This document shows positions 1 to 9,134 of a stretch of DNA of 64,000 bases, one piece after another. The translations under genes and the position numbers were made by a program. Position 1 is the first letter of the stretch; each line of letters begins with the position of its first letter. The stretch is from an uncultured bacterium (GTDB lineage Bacteria; Babelota; Babeliae; Babelales; Babelaceae). The notes beneath the pieces are model-generated. The model did not search any database. It had not been told where the DNA came from and saw only the letters and a program-made list of their open reading frames with translations. The stretch lies in the NCBI GenBank assembly GCA_963722385.1, contig CAVRKK010000002.1:608001-672000 (forward strand), read 5' to 3'.

Positions 1-391
1 CATATTTTACTCTCCTATAATATTTTGAAATTCTTCTTTGCTTTGTAGTATCACCTTGTATGGGCATATTTTTCATGCTAAAACTTAGAAGAAAAACAAT
101 CAATTGCTTTAATACATTATCACATAAATAGAGACTTACAAGGCGGCTATATTCTTAAGAAAAGACCATTTTCTGAATCAGCGCGTATAAACTGAAGGGA
201 ATATTTAGGGACATTGCAGCGGTTATTGGTAGCCTTTGGCGCAGATGTGTCATTTGTTGATGCTGCCAAAAAAACAAAGGAGAGCATTATGGTATCGATA
301 TCCCAGGCTCATTGTCGAGAAGCATGCACGTAATATGAAGCATTTCATTGCTGCTTAACATTGACATATGAAGTAATGGTATTTTGACACA

Positions 392-1654
392 TTAAGAAAT
401 TTTGGCAAGCATTTCCGCTACCTGTGTCTGCTGAACGCGACTTTCTTCACCCGTTTTCATATTTTTTACCGTTACGGTGTGATTTTGTTGCTCATCGGAG
501 CCAATCAGGAGGCAGGTTGCTGCCTGGCGAGCATCAGCCTTACGCATCATGCTCTTAAGCGAGCCTGTCTCAAGGAAAACGTCAATGCGCAAATTATGGG
601 CATGTAACTCATCAGCTAGATGGAGCGCAAGAGCTTGCTGTTCTTCTGCCAAGGGAATTATGATGTGCAGAGCAGGCAAGGCGAGCAGCGGTAGCTGCTC
701 TTGGTGAGCTTCAAGCAACAATACCAAGCGCTCGATACCCAATCCCGCGCCGATTGCCGAATAATCTTGGGAACTTCCCAACTGACGAGCAACCATGTCG
801 TAACGGCCGCCAGCGCAAAAGGCACTTTGCGCACCAAGCGCTTGATGGGCGATAAACTCAAAGACAACTTTGTTGTAATAATCAAGCCCTCTCACGAGCT
901 GGGGAACATGGGTATACACAATCGAAAGTTCCGTTAAAAGTCTGCCAATAAGCTGCCATTCATGGGCACAGGCGCTACAAAGGCTATCCGTGATAACGGG
1001 TGCTGATTTATAAAGTGCTTGGCAGGCCGGAATTTTACAATCAAGAATACGCAATATGTTCCGTTCTTGCCTGACCATACATAACTGGCATAAGGCAGAA
1101 GCGTGCTCTGCCAAAAAGGTTCGTAATACTTCTTTATAGCGCACGCGGTCTTCAGGACAACCCACGAAGTTAATGATAAGCGCGTACGAATCAAGCTTAA
1201 GCTCTTGGCTAAATAACCGATCAAGCATAGCGATAAAGTAAGCATCACCAGCCGGCGACGACGCGCCAATAACCTCGGCGCTCACCTGGTAAAATTCGCG
1301 GAAGCGGCCCTTTTGCGGGCGCTCATGTCGAAAAAGTGGCCCGTACGTAAATACCTTCCAAGGTGTTAGGTGAACGCTACCATTTAAAAAAGCCCGCATT
1401 ACCGGAGCTGTCAGCTCGGGCCGCAGGCAAATATCTTCTTCATGATGCTCCTTCGAGCTCACAAAATATATCTCCTTGCTTACAATATCCGTTTGCTCGC
1501 CTACCGTTCTAAGAAAAAGCTCAGTTCTTTCAAGTATCGGCGTTAAGATCTCGGCAAAATTGTATTTTTGAAGATGTTCGCGAATTTTATTCAGTAAAAA
1601 ATTTCTTAGTTGCAGGTTAAGAATGTCTTGAGTACCTTTAACACGAGTAATCAT
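392..1654 (-). CDS. hisS: Histidyl-tRNA synthetase
   Basis: Motifs VKGTQD, LRPELTA, FRHERPQKGRFREF, LVRGLDYY, GGRYD, GLGIERL. Confidence 0.97.
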   Translation of the reverse strand: MITRVKGTQDILNLQLRNFLLNKIREHLQKYNFAEILTPILERTELFLRTVGEQTDIVSKEIYFVSSKEHHEEDICLRPELTAPVMRAFLNGSVHLTPWKVFTYGPLFRHERPQKGRFREFYQVSAEVIGASSPAGDAYFIAMLDRLFSQELKLDSYALIINFVGCPEDRVRYKEVLRTFLAEHASALCQLCMVRQERNILRILDCKIPACQALYKSAPVITDSLCSACAHEWQLIGRLLTELSIVYTHVPQLVRGLDYYNKVVFEFIAHQALGAQSAFCAGGRYDMVARQLGSSQDYSAIGAGLGIERLVLLLEAHQEQLPLLALPALHIIIPLAEEQQALALHLADELHAHNLRIDVFLETGSLKSMMRKADARQAATCLLIGSDEQQNHTVTVKNMKTGEESRVQQTQVAEMLAKIS

Positions 1655-1727
1655 GCGTTCCTTTGAGATTTTCTTGTATATTTTTTGCCGAGCGTGCTAA
1701 AAAGAAAGAAGCAAGAGGGGGGGTTAT

Positions 1728-3191
1728 ATGGGCACTTACAAGATGCTTATTTTAGGGTTTTTTTGCGCTGTTGCTCAAGCACAACAACGGAGCCAAACTT
1801 TTCTTACGGTGCCGCCGCCCTTTCAATCAGGCTCGCCTATGCGCGAATCGTTTATTCGTATGCCTGTTAATGGCAATCTGTCTTTTATGCAGGTTGTTCC
1901 TTTCGGCGGCCACTCGCTCAGTCCTGAAAGTATTGCTGAGTTTTTCTTGCCTTCGGGCAAGTCGGCGCTTCTTGTTGCCGAGGATCTTGCGCCGGGCAGC
2001 GACATGAGGGACCTTGCTGCCAGTCATTTTAACATAAAAACCAAAGAAGGTACATTCAAGAGCCGATTGCACTTTAAGGCGTCGCACCAGTTTGCCGGCG
2101 TTGGCTTAGCCTACCGGCAACAGCTAACTGAGCGGTGGTGGGTTGAAGTGGGAGGCCCCTTTGTTCATGTAGAGCAGACATTCAACTTTACGGAAAAAAT
2201 CATTGATAACGGTGATGGCCCGGTGCGTGAGCTTGGGCTTGATAATAGTCCAAGGGTCGGCTGTATGACCGCGGCATTTAAGCAAAGCACCTGGAGGTTT
2301 GGCAAAAGTGATAAGCGGCTCAAGTTATCTAAAGATGGCTTTGCCGATCTGGAAGTTAAGGCAGGCTATCAGGCACGTGCTGATGAAAAGATTCGGCTTT
2401 ATGGCTACGCCGGCTTTGTTTTTCCTACGGGCAATAAGCCAAACGCTCAATTTGTATTTGAGCCTATGGTTGGCAACAATCAGCATTACGGAGTTCTCTA
2501 TGGCTCGCATATCGGCCTTTCGGCATGGTGTCGTGGCGAGCACATCCTTTCGCTCGCCGTTGATTTTCAAACACGGTATCTCTTTAGCAACCATCAGCTC
2601 CGTTCATTTGATTTAAAAGATAAAGAGTTTAGCCGCTATATTGAGAGTTACAAAAATCCAGAGCAGGCGCAGCAGGCTTTTGATACCCAGGACCCTAACT
2701 CCGGCACTTCGGGCATTAATATTTTTACCAAGCAGGTTAAGGTCTTCCCTGGCCTTTCTTTATCATTTTTAAGCGCCTTTCTGTATAACTACAAAAGGCT
2801 TGAAGTAGAAGTTGGCTCGTATTTTTATGCTCGCCAAGCTGAAAAGGTGGAAATTCGTTGGGAAAGGCTCGCCGATGTTAAAGATGTTGCCGGCCGCGGA
2901 CAAACAAATCGCGCCCGTACCATGAGTGAGGATTTTAAGAAATCTGCTATTCCGTTTGTCGAAGATGAGCCACCTTTTAGGGGTTATACCCCGCTTGCCG
3001 GGCGTAACATTGATAGCTTTTCGCCAGCAAGCCCAGCGTTTTTATCCTACACTGCTTATGCGGCGCTCGGCTACTATGTGAGTGATGGTGATTACCCCAT
3101 TCTCATCGGCCTTGGCGCCTCGTATGAAGTTCCTGCTACCCGAGGCTTGAGCGAATGGGCAAGCTGGGGCAAATGTTCTGTTCAGTTTTAA
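1728..3191 (+). CDS. Secreted, putative outer-membrane protein; paralog of 7239..8759
   Basis: Signal peptide; C-terminal WGKCSVQF; shares PTGNKP, GNNxH, RYLFxNHQLRS and GINxFT blocks with 7239..8759. Confidence 0.75.
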   Translation: MGTYKMLILGFFCAVAQAQQRSQTFLTVPPPFQSGSPMRESFIRMPVNGNLSFMQVVPFGGHSLSPESIAEFFLPSGKSALLVAEDLAPGSDMRDLAASHFNIKTKEGTFKSRLHFKASHQFAGVGLAYRQQLTERWWVEVGGPFVHVEQTFNFTEKIIDNGDGPVRELGLDNSPRVGCMTAAFKQSTWRFGKSDKRLKLSKDGFADLEVKAGYQARADEKIRLYGYAGFVFPTGNKPNAQFVFEPMVGNNQHYGVLYGSHIGLSAWCRGEHILSLAVDFQTRYLFSNHQLRSFDLKDKEFSRYIESYKNPEQAQQAFDTQDPNSGTSGINIFTKQVKVFPGLSLSFLSAFLYNYKRLEVEVGSYFYARQAEKVEIRWERLADVKDVAGRGQTNRARTMSEDFKKSAIPFVEDEPPFRGYTPLAGRNIDSFSPASPAFLSYTAYAALGYYVSDGDYPILIGLGASYEVPATRGLSEWASWGKCSVQF

Positions 3192-3360
3192 GATTGAGCT
3201 TGTTGTTCTGTATGGTGAGCATATTCTCTCTTTTGTTTTTCTAAATCGTTAATTCTATTTTGTTTAATTTTTATTGACAAATAAGCATTCATATTTGCTA
3301 TCTTAAAAACAAGAAGCAGCTGACGAATTCGGTAGCTAAAAAATTAAACCGAGGGGTACG

Positions 3361-4800
3361 ATGAAGATAATAAGAAATTTAGTTCTTACTGGTATGCTTG
3401 TACTGGGCTTCAGCTTGGTGCATGGGGTAGAGGGTGATGAAGACCTCTATACCTTATATCACCGCATATTTGTGGATACGACCAAAGATAATATCCCCTT
3501 TAGGGATCTTCTGGTCGAAATATATCACCGGCTGCCAACCGATACCGAACATGAAAAACAGCTGAAGCAAAAGCTTAAAAAACAATTTGAAAAAAAGTTT
3601 GGCAGTGTTCCTGAGGAAGTTGAGCTGCCTCCCCAAATTGAGCTGCCTCCCTTAGAGAAGTACATTGACAATAACAATCCTAAACGGGCTTTGGAATTGT
3701 CAGTTGGGTCCCTTATCGACAAGCGCAAATATAAGCAAATTCTGCGTACCATTCTTGAGCAGATTATACCATCTGTTAAATCTTCCAAGAGTATTGGGAT
3801 TTATAGTGCTCTCTATGATGCCTACGTTAATTACAATTTTCTTGTTGATGCCGACCGAGGTCTCTTAGCGAGAGCGACAGAAGCTATTAAAACAATACAA
3901 AAAAATATTAAGAATGCGAGTGAGCAAGATGGCAAGATAGCGGATGAAATAGCAGCACTTTATGAAAAAAACAATTATGAGCAGATCTTAATACGTCGCG
4001 GCAACATTGCCGTCGATAGATTTAAAGAAGGGCTTGATAAAATACGCGTACATCATCCAGAACAGAAAACAACACCGGCACTTATTGAGTATCAGTTAGA
4101 AAAATACTTGGAATCACCAATCGAGAGCGGAACTTGGAAGTATAACATAACGGCACCGCTGCCATCACCGCTCGAGCTCTTACTTGTCCCCTTGCTTGCA
4201 ATACAATTAGAATTAGGGCCTAAGATGAGTGAGGGTTTGATCCCTCTTGAAAATAAAGCACAAGGACAGTGGGCACGCTTTATAGGTATTACAGGCGACA
4301 ACGGCAGTCTTCCGAGTAGCACAGAAACGGTATCCCTAAATCAATTTAATAGACAGGCGATGCTTGATCTGCTTGCTCGCCGGCTCGAGCTTACGCTTCA
4401 CGCCATGATTCGGTTCGCCGATGTTCAGGAGCCTTCTGATATCAATCTCAAGCAAGTTTATCCGCCCATTTTAAAGAAGCTCCGATTGCTTTTTTGCGGT
4501 AGCATTGAACCAACATTGTGCAGCAAGGATCCTTTCAGCGAAAGAATGAAAACATTATTCTGTGATTTCGATAAATCTGATTGTCAAAAACAGATTGTTT
4601 CCACGCTTTACACGTATCTTGTATTTAGCCTTGTGGCATATGCTTCCCTTAATTACCGACAAAATACGAAACTTATAGTGGAGGCGCTGAAGGCGCTTGG
4701 CAATTTACGCTATCGCTGGGCAGGGCCTGAAGAAAGCTGGAAACTGGACCAATTGCCTTTTATGCTTGACCCCTATCCCCGCAAAAAGGAGGCTGCATGA
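3361..4800 (+). CDS. Hypothetical secreted protein
   Basis: 479-aa ORF, RBS GAGGGG, signal peptide, ATGA overlap with next gene. Confidence 0.8.
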   Translation: MKIIRNLVLTGMLVLGFSLVHGVEGDEDLYTLYHRIFVDTTKDNIPFRDLLVEIYHRLPTDTEHEKQLKQKLKKQFEKKFGSVPEEVELPPQIELPPLEKYIDNNNPKRALELSVGSLIDKRKYKQILRTILEQIIPSVKSSKSIGIYSALYDAYVNYNFLVDADRGLLARATEAIKTIQKNIKNASEQDGKIADEIAALYEKNNYEQILIRRGNIAVDRFKEGLDKIRVHHPEQKTTPALIEYQLEKYLESPIESGTWKYNITAPLPSPLELLLVPLLAIQLELGPKMSEGLIPLENKAQGQWARFIGITGDNGSLPSSTETVSLNQFNRQAMLDLLARRLELTLHAMIRFADVQEPSDINLKQVYPPILKKLRLLFCGSIEPTLCSKDPFSERMKTLFCDFDKSDCQKQIVSTLYTYLVFSLVAYASLNYRQNTKLIVEALKALGNLRYRWAGPEESWKLDQLPFMLDPYPRKKEAA

Positions 4801-5483
4801 TTAATTTTTACCAAAAGCACATTACGCAAGCACTTTGCATCCTTTCCATTTTTTGTGGGACTCATAAACTCTCTGCAGGCGGGCCAGCTGCTGCCAATGA
4901 CCCACACTATTATTATGGCATAATGCTGTCTAATGCTCAGACAGCTCATGATCCCCACGAGCAGATGGAACAGTTTTTGGCGGGGTCATGGAATTTGTTA
5001 CCAGAGTATTCCGACCGGGACAAGCGGGACAAGAAGCGACGGGCCGACCAGTTCGCGAGTAAGTACGGTAAAAATCTTACTGATATTAAGCTCGTATTAC
5101 CTGAAAATGCGCAGAAGCAGCTGTGCGGCACCATCTGCCAAGAAACATGTAATGTTCAGTTGTCGGAAGCAAAAGAAAAGCACATCCAGGATTTGCAGGC
5201 TTCTCTTAAGGAAGCGGCGGGCAAATTTAGCAAGAGCCAGCTAAACCTTCTGGTGAAGTATGATGCATATTTAGCCCGTAAAAAATCAAAAACTGAGCAA
5301 GATATTGAGTCGGTGATAAACAGGCTCATCGAGGCATGGCAGTCAACGCAAGAAGCAGCAGAAAACCTTCGACTGGAGCTCGTGAGCGTCTCCGGTATTA
5401 AGGATTTCCCGCCTCTACGTATTAAGAATGGGAATAATATTCAAGCAACTGTTGAGCAGCTTAAAAGCTTAGCGGGTAGCTAG
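4797..5483 (+). CDS. Hypothetical secreted protein
   Basis: 228 aa, signal-peptide-like N-terminus, coupled to upstream gene. Confidence 0.75.
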   Translation: MINFYQKHITQALCILSIFCGTHKLSAGGPAAANDPHYYYGIMLSNAQTAHDPHEQMEQFLAGSWNLLPEYSDRDKRDKKRRADQFASKYGKNLTDIKLVLPENAQKQLCGTICQETCNVQLSEAKEKHIQDLQASLKEAAGKFSKSQLNLLVKYDAYLARKKSKTEQDIESVINRLIEAWQSTQEAAENLRLELVSVSGIKDFPPLRIKNGNNIQATVEQLKSLAGS

Positions 5484-7040
5484 ATTTATGAATATATCTG
5501 CTCGAGGTAAGCCATGTATACGCACATCATGAGCATAATCCTTATTTACCATCAAAAGTGTTTGACAGTTAATGCCAGAATTGCCCGTCCACACGGTATA
5601 CGTTAAAATTTTTATGCCCTCAAGGCTAAAAGGGGGCTTGGTAAGATCAATGGGACGATAATCACCACGCTTAATGGGATGATTAAGCTGATCAAGCGGT
5701 GAAAGCCCGTTTGTGATAAGGCAATATTTATACTTCTTGAATTGTGCTATAATTGACTGAATATCTTCGTTGGTCAAATGCTGCAGGACATCTTTACAGA
5801 GAAGTAAATCAGCAGCGGGTAATTCGTGTTGGAGTGCATCAAGCTGCTCAAAGTGGATATGGTCATTTTCGTAAAATAATTTATTTTGCTCAATAACACG
5901 CGCTACAACGTCAAAACCACGATATTCTATGCCATTCCAGTCGATATGGCTCAAGAACTCCCAGATGCCACAACCGAGATCTACAACCGAGTTTATCTTG
6001 TTATCTCTTAAAAAGTTTTGAAGTATGTGCCGATAATTTTGCGTTGATTCAAGTGTGGAGCCGGGGTCAGAAATGCCAGCCTGCTCTTTGCGGTTATATA
6101 TGTCGGTAAAGATCTCTGTCGAGTCACGGTTGGCGAGAAGTGAGAGATAAGTCAATTGTTTATTTATCATTGGCGAAGGCGACCTATGTCCCAAAAATTT
6201 ATTAACCCAGGGCTCTTGGGCAAGCTTTTGAGCGGTATCGGCACGCGTGATGTGTCCATAAATTTCTCGATTATCCAAAATTTGCTCAATCCCGTTTTTT
6301 CGCGCTATGCGGCTAAATTTAACATATTCATGGTGCGCAGAACCATCATCATAAAAAAGTTTTGGCGCCACATTCTGCCGAACAAGATAGGTGCCATTAA
6401 CCACAGGTACCGGAATAAGCCCTTTAACCGTCTGGTGCACGAGGAGGTAATAGTGTGGGCAATCAGCATAATAGCCGTGGGGATCAATGCATGAATGGTA
6501 ATTAGACCATGTTGCGGCTCCCCCCGTTCTCAGTAACGGAGCTATTACTGGCTTGTCGGCTTTGAGAAGCACTTCAAGCGTCGAGGGAAGAATAAAATGG
6601 CTATCATCGACAACAAAATAGTGTGAGTGATGAAGGCAGGCCCAATCAAGCGACCTTTGGCGAACGTTGCTCCACACCGCAAAGCGCCTTGAACCCCACG
6701 TTTCCGCATCATTCCAATGGGCTCGTTCTTCCTCATCACCATAATCAACGTGAACGTCAAGGTAGAGTGGCTTTATCTGCGTAAGCCATTCCTCAAGCAT
6801 TGGCACAAAGTCCCACTTTTTATCATTTATATATACATATAAGCGAATCCTGTCTTTGGGAAATGTTTGATTTTCTATGCTTGAAATATAAAGTGGTACC
6901 GTTGCTGGCCGATTTCGGAAGAGCAGCGCAATAGTCACCGTTTCGGATTGGTCTGCTGCATTGATTTCGGTGATTTCTGATCCTCTCAAAGCGCATGAAA
7001 ATAAAAGCAAAGTTGCGCATAAAAAGCGATTCAAGCTCAT
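5469..7040 (-). CDS. COLGALT1/PLOD-like glycosyltransferase domain fused to class I SAM methyltransferase
   Basis: N-terminal IALLFRN...YPK-like FPKDRI...RQRSLDWA...APLL...SNYH...GYY...VPVVNGTYLV; C-terminal VVDLGCG, YRGFDVV, LCKDVLQHL. Start placed at ATG 7040 after GGGGAG RBS (ORF track starts 7082). Confidence 0.8.
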   Translation of the reverse strand: MSLNRFLCATLLLFSCALRGSEITEINAADQSETVTIALLFRNRPATVPLYISSIENQTFPKDRIRLYVYINDKKWDFVPMLEEWLTQIKPLYLDVHVDYGDEEERAHWNDAETWGSRRFAVWSNVRQRSLDWACLHHSHYFVVDDSHFILPSTLEVLLKADKPVIAPLLRTGGAATWSNYHSCIDPHGYYADCPHYYLLVHQTVKGLIPVPVVNGTYLVRQNVAPKLFYDDGSAHHEYVKFSRIARKNGIEQILDNREIYGHITRADTAQKLAQEPWVNKFLGHRSPSPMINKQLTYLSLLANRDSTEIFTDIYNRKEQAGISDPGSTLESTQNYRHILQNFLRDNKINSVVDLGCGIWEFLSHIDWNGIEYRGFDVVARVIEQNKLFYENDHIHFEQLDALQHELPAADLLLCKDVLQHLTNEDIQSIIAQFKKYKYCLITNGLSPLDQLNHPIKRGDYRPIDLTKPPFSLEGIKILTYTVWTGNSGINCQTLLMVNKDYAHDVRIHGLPRADIFINLATR

Positions 7041-7238
7041 ACTACTCCCCTTTAAAGTTCTCTCGAATAACCTCTTATTCATAAGTGATCTACTATAGTA
7101 TTTTTATCGCCGAACAACAAGCAGATATTTTTGCTTTCAATCAAAATTTTCCTTTATTTCTTAAGGTGTGCTGTGCTAGAAAAGATCAAGGGCATTTTTA
7201 TACGTTTATAGCCAACTGTTTACCAAAAGGAGAGACTG

Positions 7239-8759
7239 ATGCGCACACGCCTACTTATAGCGCTGCTTATGATAGCAGGTAGCTGTAATATTCACGGTTA
7301 CCATTTTTCGGGGCTTAGTTTTTTTTCTGTCCGAACACCTTTTCAAACAGCTTCTCCTGAGAAAGAAGCTCTCTGGCATTATGATGCTCTTGATAACGAC
7401 GAATGCAGAGGTGGTAGCATAGAGATAGTTCCTTTTGGCGGCAAGTATATTGAGCAAGAAATTGCGTTAGGTGAGGGTGACGGCCTTGGCCATTACTTTG
7501 CACCTTATGGCAAGGTGAAGCTCGACGTTGTTGAATTTAAGCCAGGCATACGTTCTTCAACCAAGGATGTCGATCGCACGATTCGGTCGGTTGAGGCACG
7601 CCATTTTAATATAGAAACAAAATCCGCAACAGAGACATTTAGAAGCACGCTTCACTTAAGACCACACCACTCTTTTGTCGGCGTCGGCTTTGCATGGAGG
7701 CAGCGGTTCTGGAATTCATATTGGTTTGATATCTCGGCCCCTGTTGAGCATGTGAAAAATAGGGTTGATATTAATGAAAAAATCATCAACACCGGTGGCG
7801 GCGCGGTCGATAAAATTGGTTTAAGTGGCGAGCGGCGCTTTGGCTCGATAACTGAGGCATTTCGCCATAAAGGTATGGAATTTGGGCTTATAGACTCAAC
7901 TGAGCATACCAAGACAGGTGTTGCCGATGTGGAAGTAAGAATAGGCTGGGACGGCTACAATAGCGGCGATGCCCATTATCGGTCATACATTGGTGGCGTA
8001 TTGCCAACAGGCAATAAACCAGACCCGCGATTTCTCTTTGCACCCGTTATTGGTAACAATAAGCACTTTGGGGTAATGTTCGGCGGCAACATGGGCTTTA
8101 TGCTTTGGATGTCGGGCAACCATCTCCTGCGCCATGAAATTGACAGCCAAGGTCGCTATCTCTTCCCAAATCATCAGCTACGCTCAATTGATCTATGGGG
8201 CAAGCCATGGAGCCGTTACATGGAGACCTATTCAAGCGCTCGGCAAGCAGAAAAGGCCTTTTTGCATGACGACCCAAATGCAGGGACCTTCGGCATTAAT
8301 GTATTTACGACGAACGTGAAGGTGAAGCCGCGCTTTGCTACAACGTTTAATACCGCTTTGATTTATGAGTACTGCGACTACTTAACGGCAGAGGCTGGCT
8401 ATAACTTCTTCGCACGCCAGGGAGAAACGATTGAATTTGTCAATTTTGACCATAACATTGCTTTGAAACATGTTGATGGCAAGGGCTTAACAACAAAGTC
8501 ACGTACTATTGGCGAAAATTTTGAAAAAGACAAGATTCCGTTTAAGGAATTTAGAACGTTAACGAAGAAAGACTTTGATCTTAATTCTGCGGCACACCCA
8601 CCGGTGATTTCGCAGATATTGTACGCTGCCCTCGGCTATCGGTGCATGGAATTCTGCTACCCGACGAACTTTTCCGTAGGTGGTTCATATGAATTTTCTC
8701 ACAGTAATGGTGGGTTGAGGCGATGGATGGTTTGGGGTAAAGCAGCCATCGATTTCTAA
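7239..8759 (+). CDS. Secreted, putative outer-membrane protein; paralog of 1728..3191
   Basis: RBS AGGAGA, signal peptide, terminal WGKAAIDF, shared blocks with 1728..3191. Confidence 0.75.
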   Translation: MRTRLLIALLMIAGSCNIHGYHFSGLSFFSVRTPFQTASPEKEALWHYDALDNDECRGGSIEIVPFGGKYIEQEIALGEGDGLGHYFAPYGKVKLDVVEFKPGIRSSTKDVDRTIRSVEARHFNIETKSATETFRSTLHLRPHHSFVGVGFAWRQRFWNSYWFDISAPVEHVKNRVDINEKIINTGGGAVDKIGLSGERRFGSITEAFRHKGMEFGLIDSTEHTKTGVADVEVRIGWDGYNSGDAHYRSYIGGVLPTGNKPDPRFLFAPVIGNNKHFGVMFGGNMGFMLWMSGNHLLRHEIDSQGRYLFPNHQLRSIDLWGKPWSRYMETYSSARQAEKAFLHDDPNAGTFGINVFTTNVKVKPRFATTFNTALIYEYCDYLTAEAGYNFFARQGETIEFVNFDHNIALKHVDGKGLTTKSRTIGENFEKDKIPFKEFRTLTKKDFDLNSAAHPPVISQILYAALGYRCMEFCYPTNFSVGGSYEFSHSNGGLRRWMVWGKAAIDF

Positions 8760-9134
8760 AAGTGGATTTCTAGCGCTAACAGGGAAAAACTGTTAGCGAG
8801 CGTGTTCGCAGGACCCATGCTTACGCATGGGTCTTCTTCTTTGTTGCGCCGGGCATGGTGACCTCCGGCTTTTAAGCCGGCGTTATTTATTGTTCTTCCT
8901 GTGCCTCACATGTTTTTTATCTGAGATGGACAAAAGTAATGCAAGCGAATATGTTGATTGTTGTTCGCTTATAAGCAACATTAAGAGCTCCTTTTTGTGT
9001 TATAGCAACATTATTTTTTTAAAAGTCAAATCTGTTCAGATCTTTCACTTTTTTGCGGAAGTCCTGTAACTTAATTGAGCATTATAGAACATCAAAGTAG
9101 AAAATAAAGTCACTTTTACATCAGGGGTAAAATA

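Noticed and set aside
1..20. Minus-strand start codon with RBS at the window edge
   Set aside because: Only ATG and AGGAGA are visible; product cannot be determined
190..330. Ankyrin-like remnant (RLLVAFGADVSFVD)
   Set aside because: Too short and without a start; could be chance
8795..8885. Two small palindromes after the OMP gene (GACCCATGC/GCATGGGTC; CCGGCTT/AAGCCGG) as REP elements
   Set aside because: Single occurrence in the window; adequately explained as terminator-like hairpins
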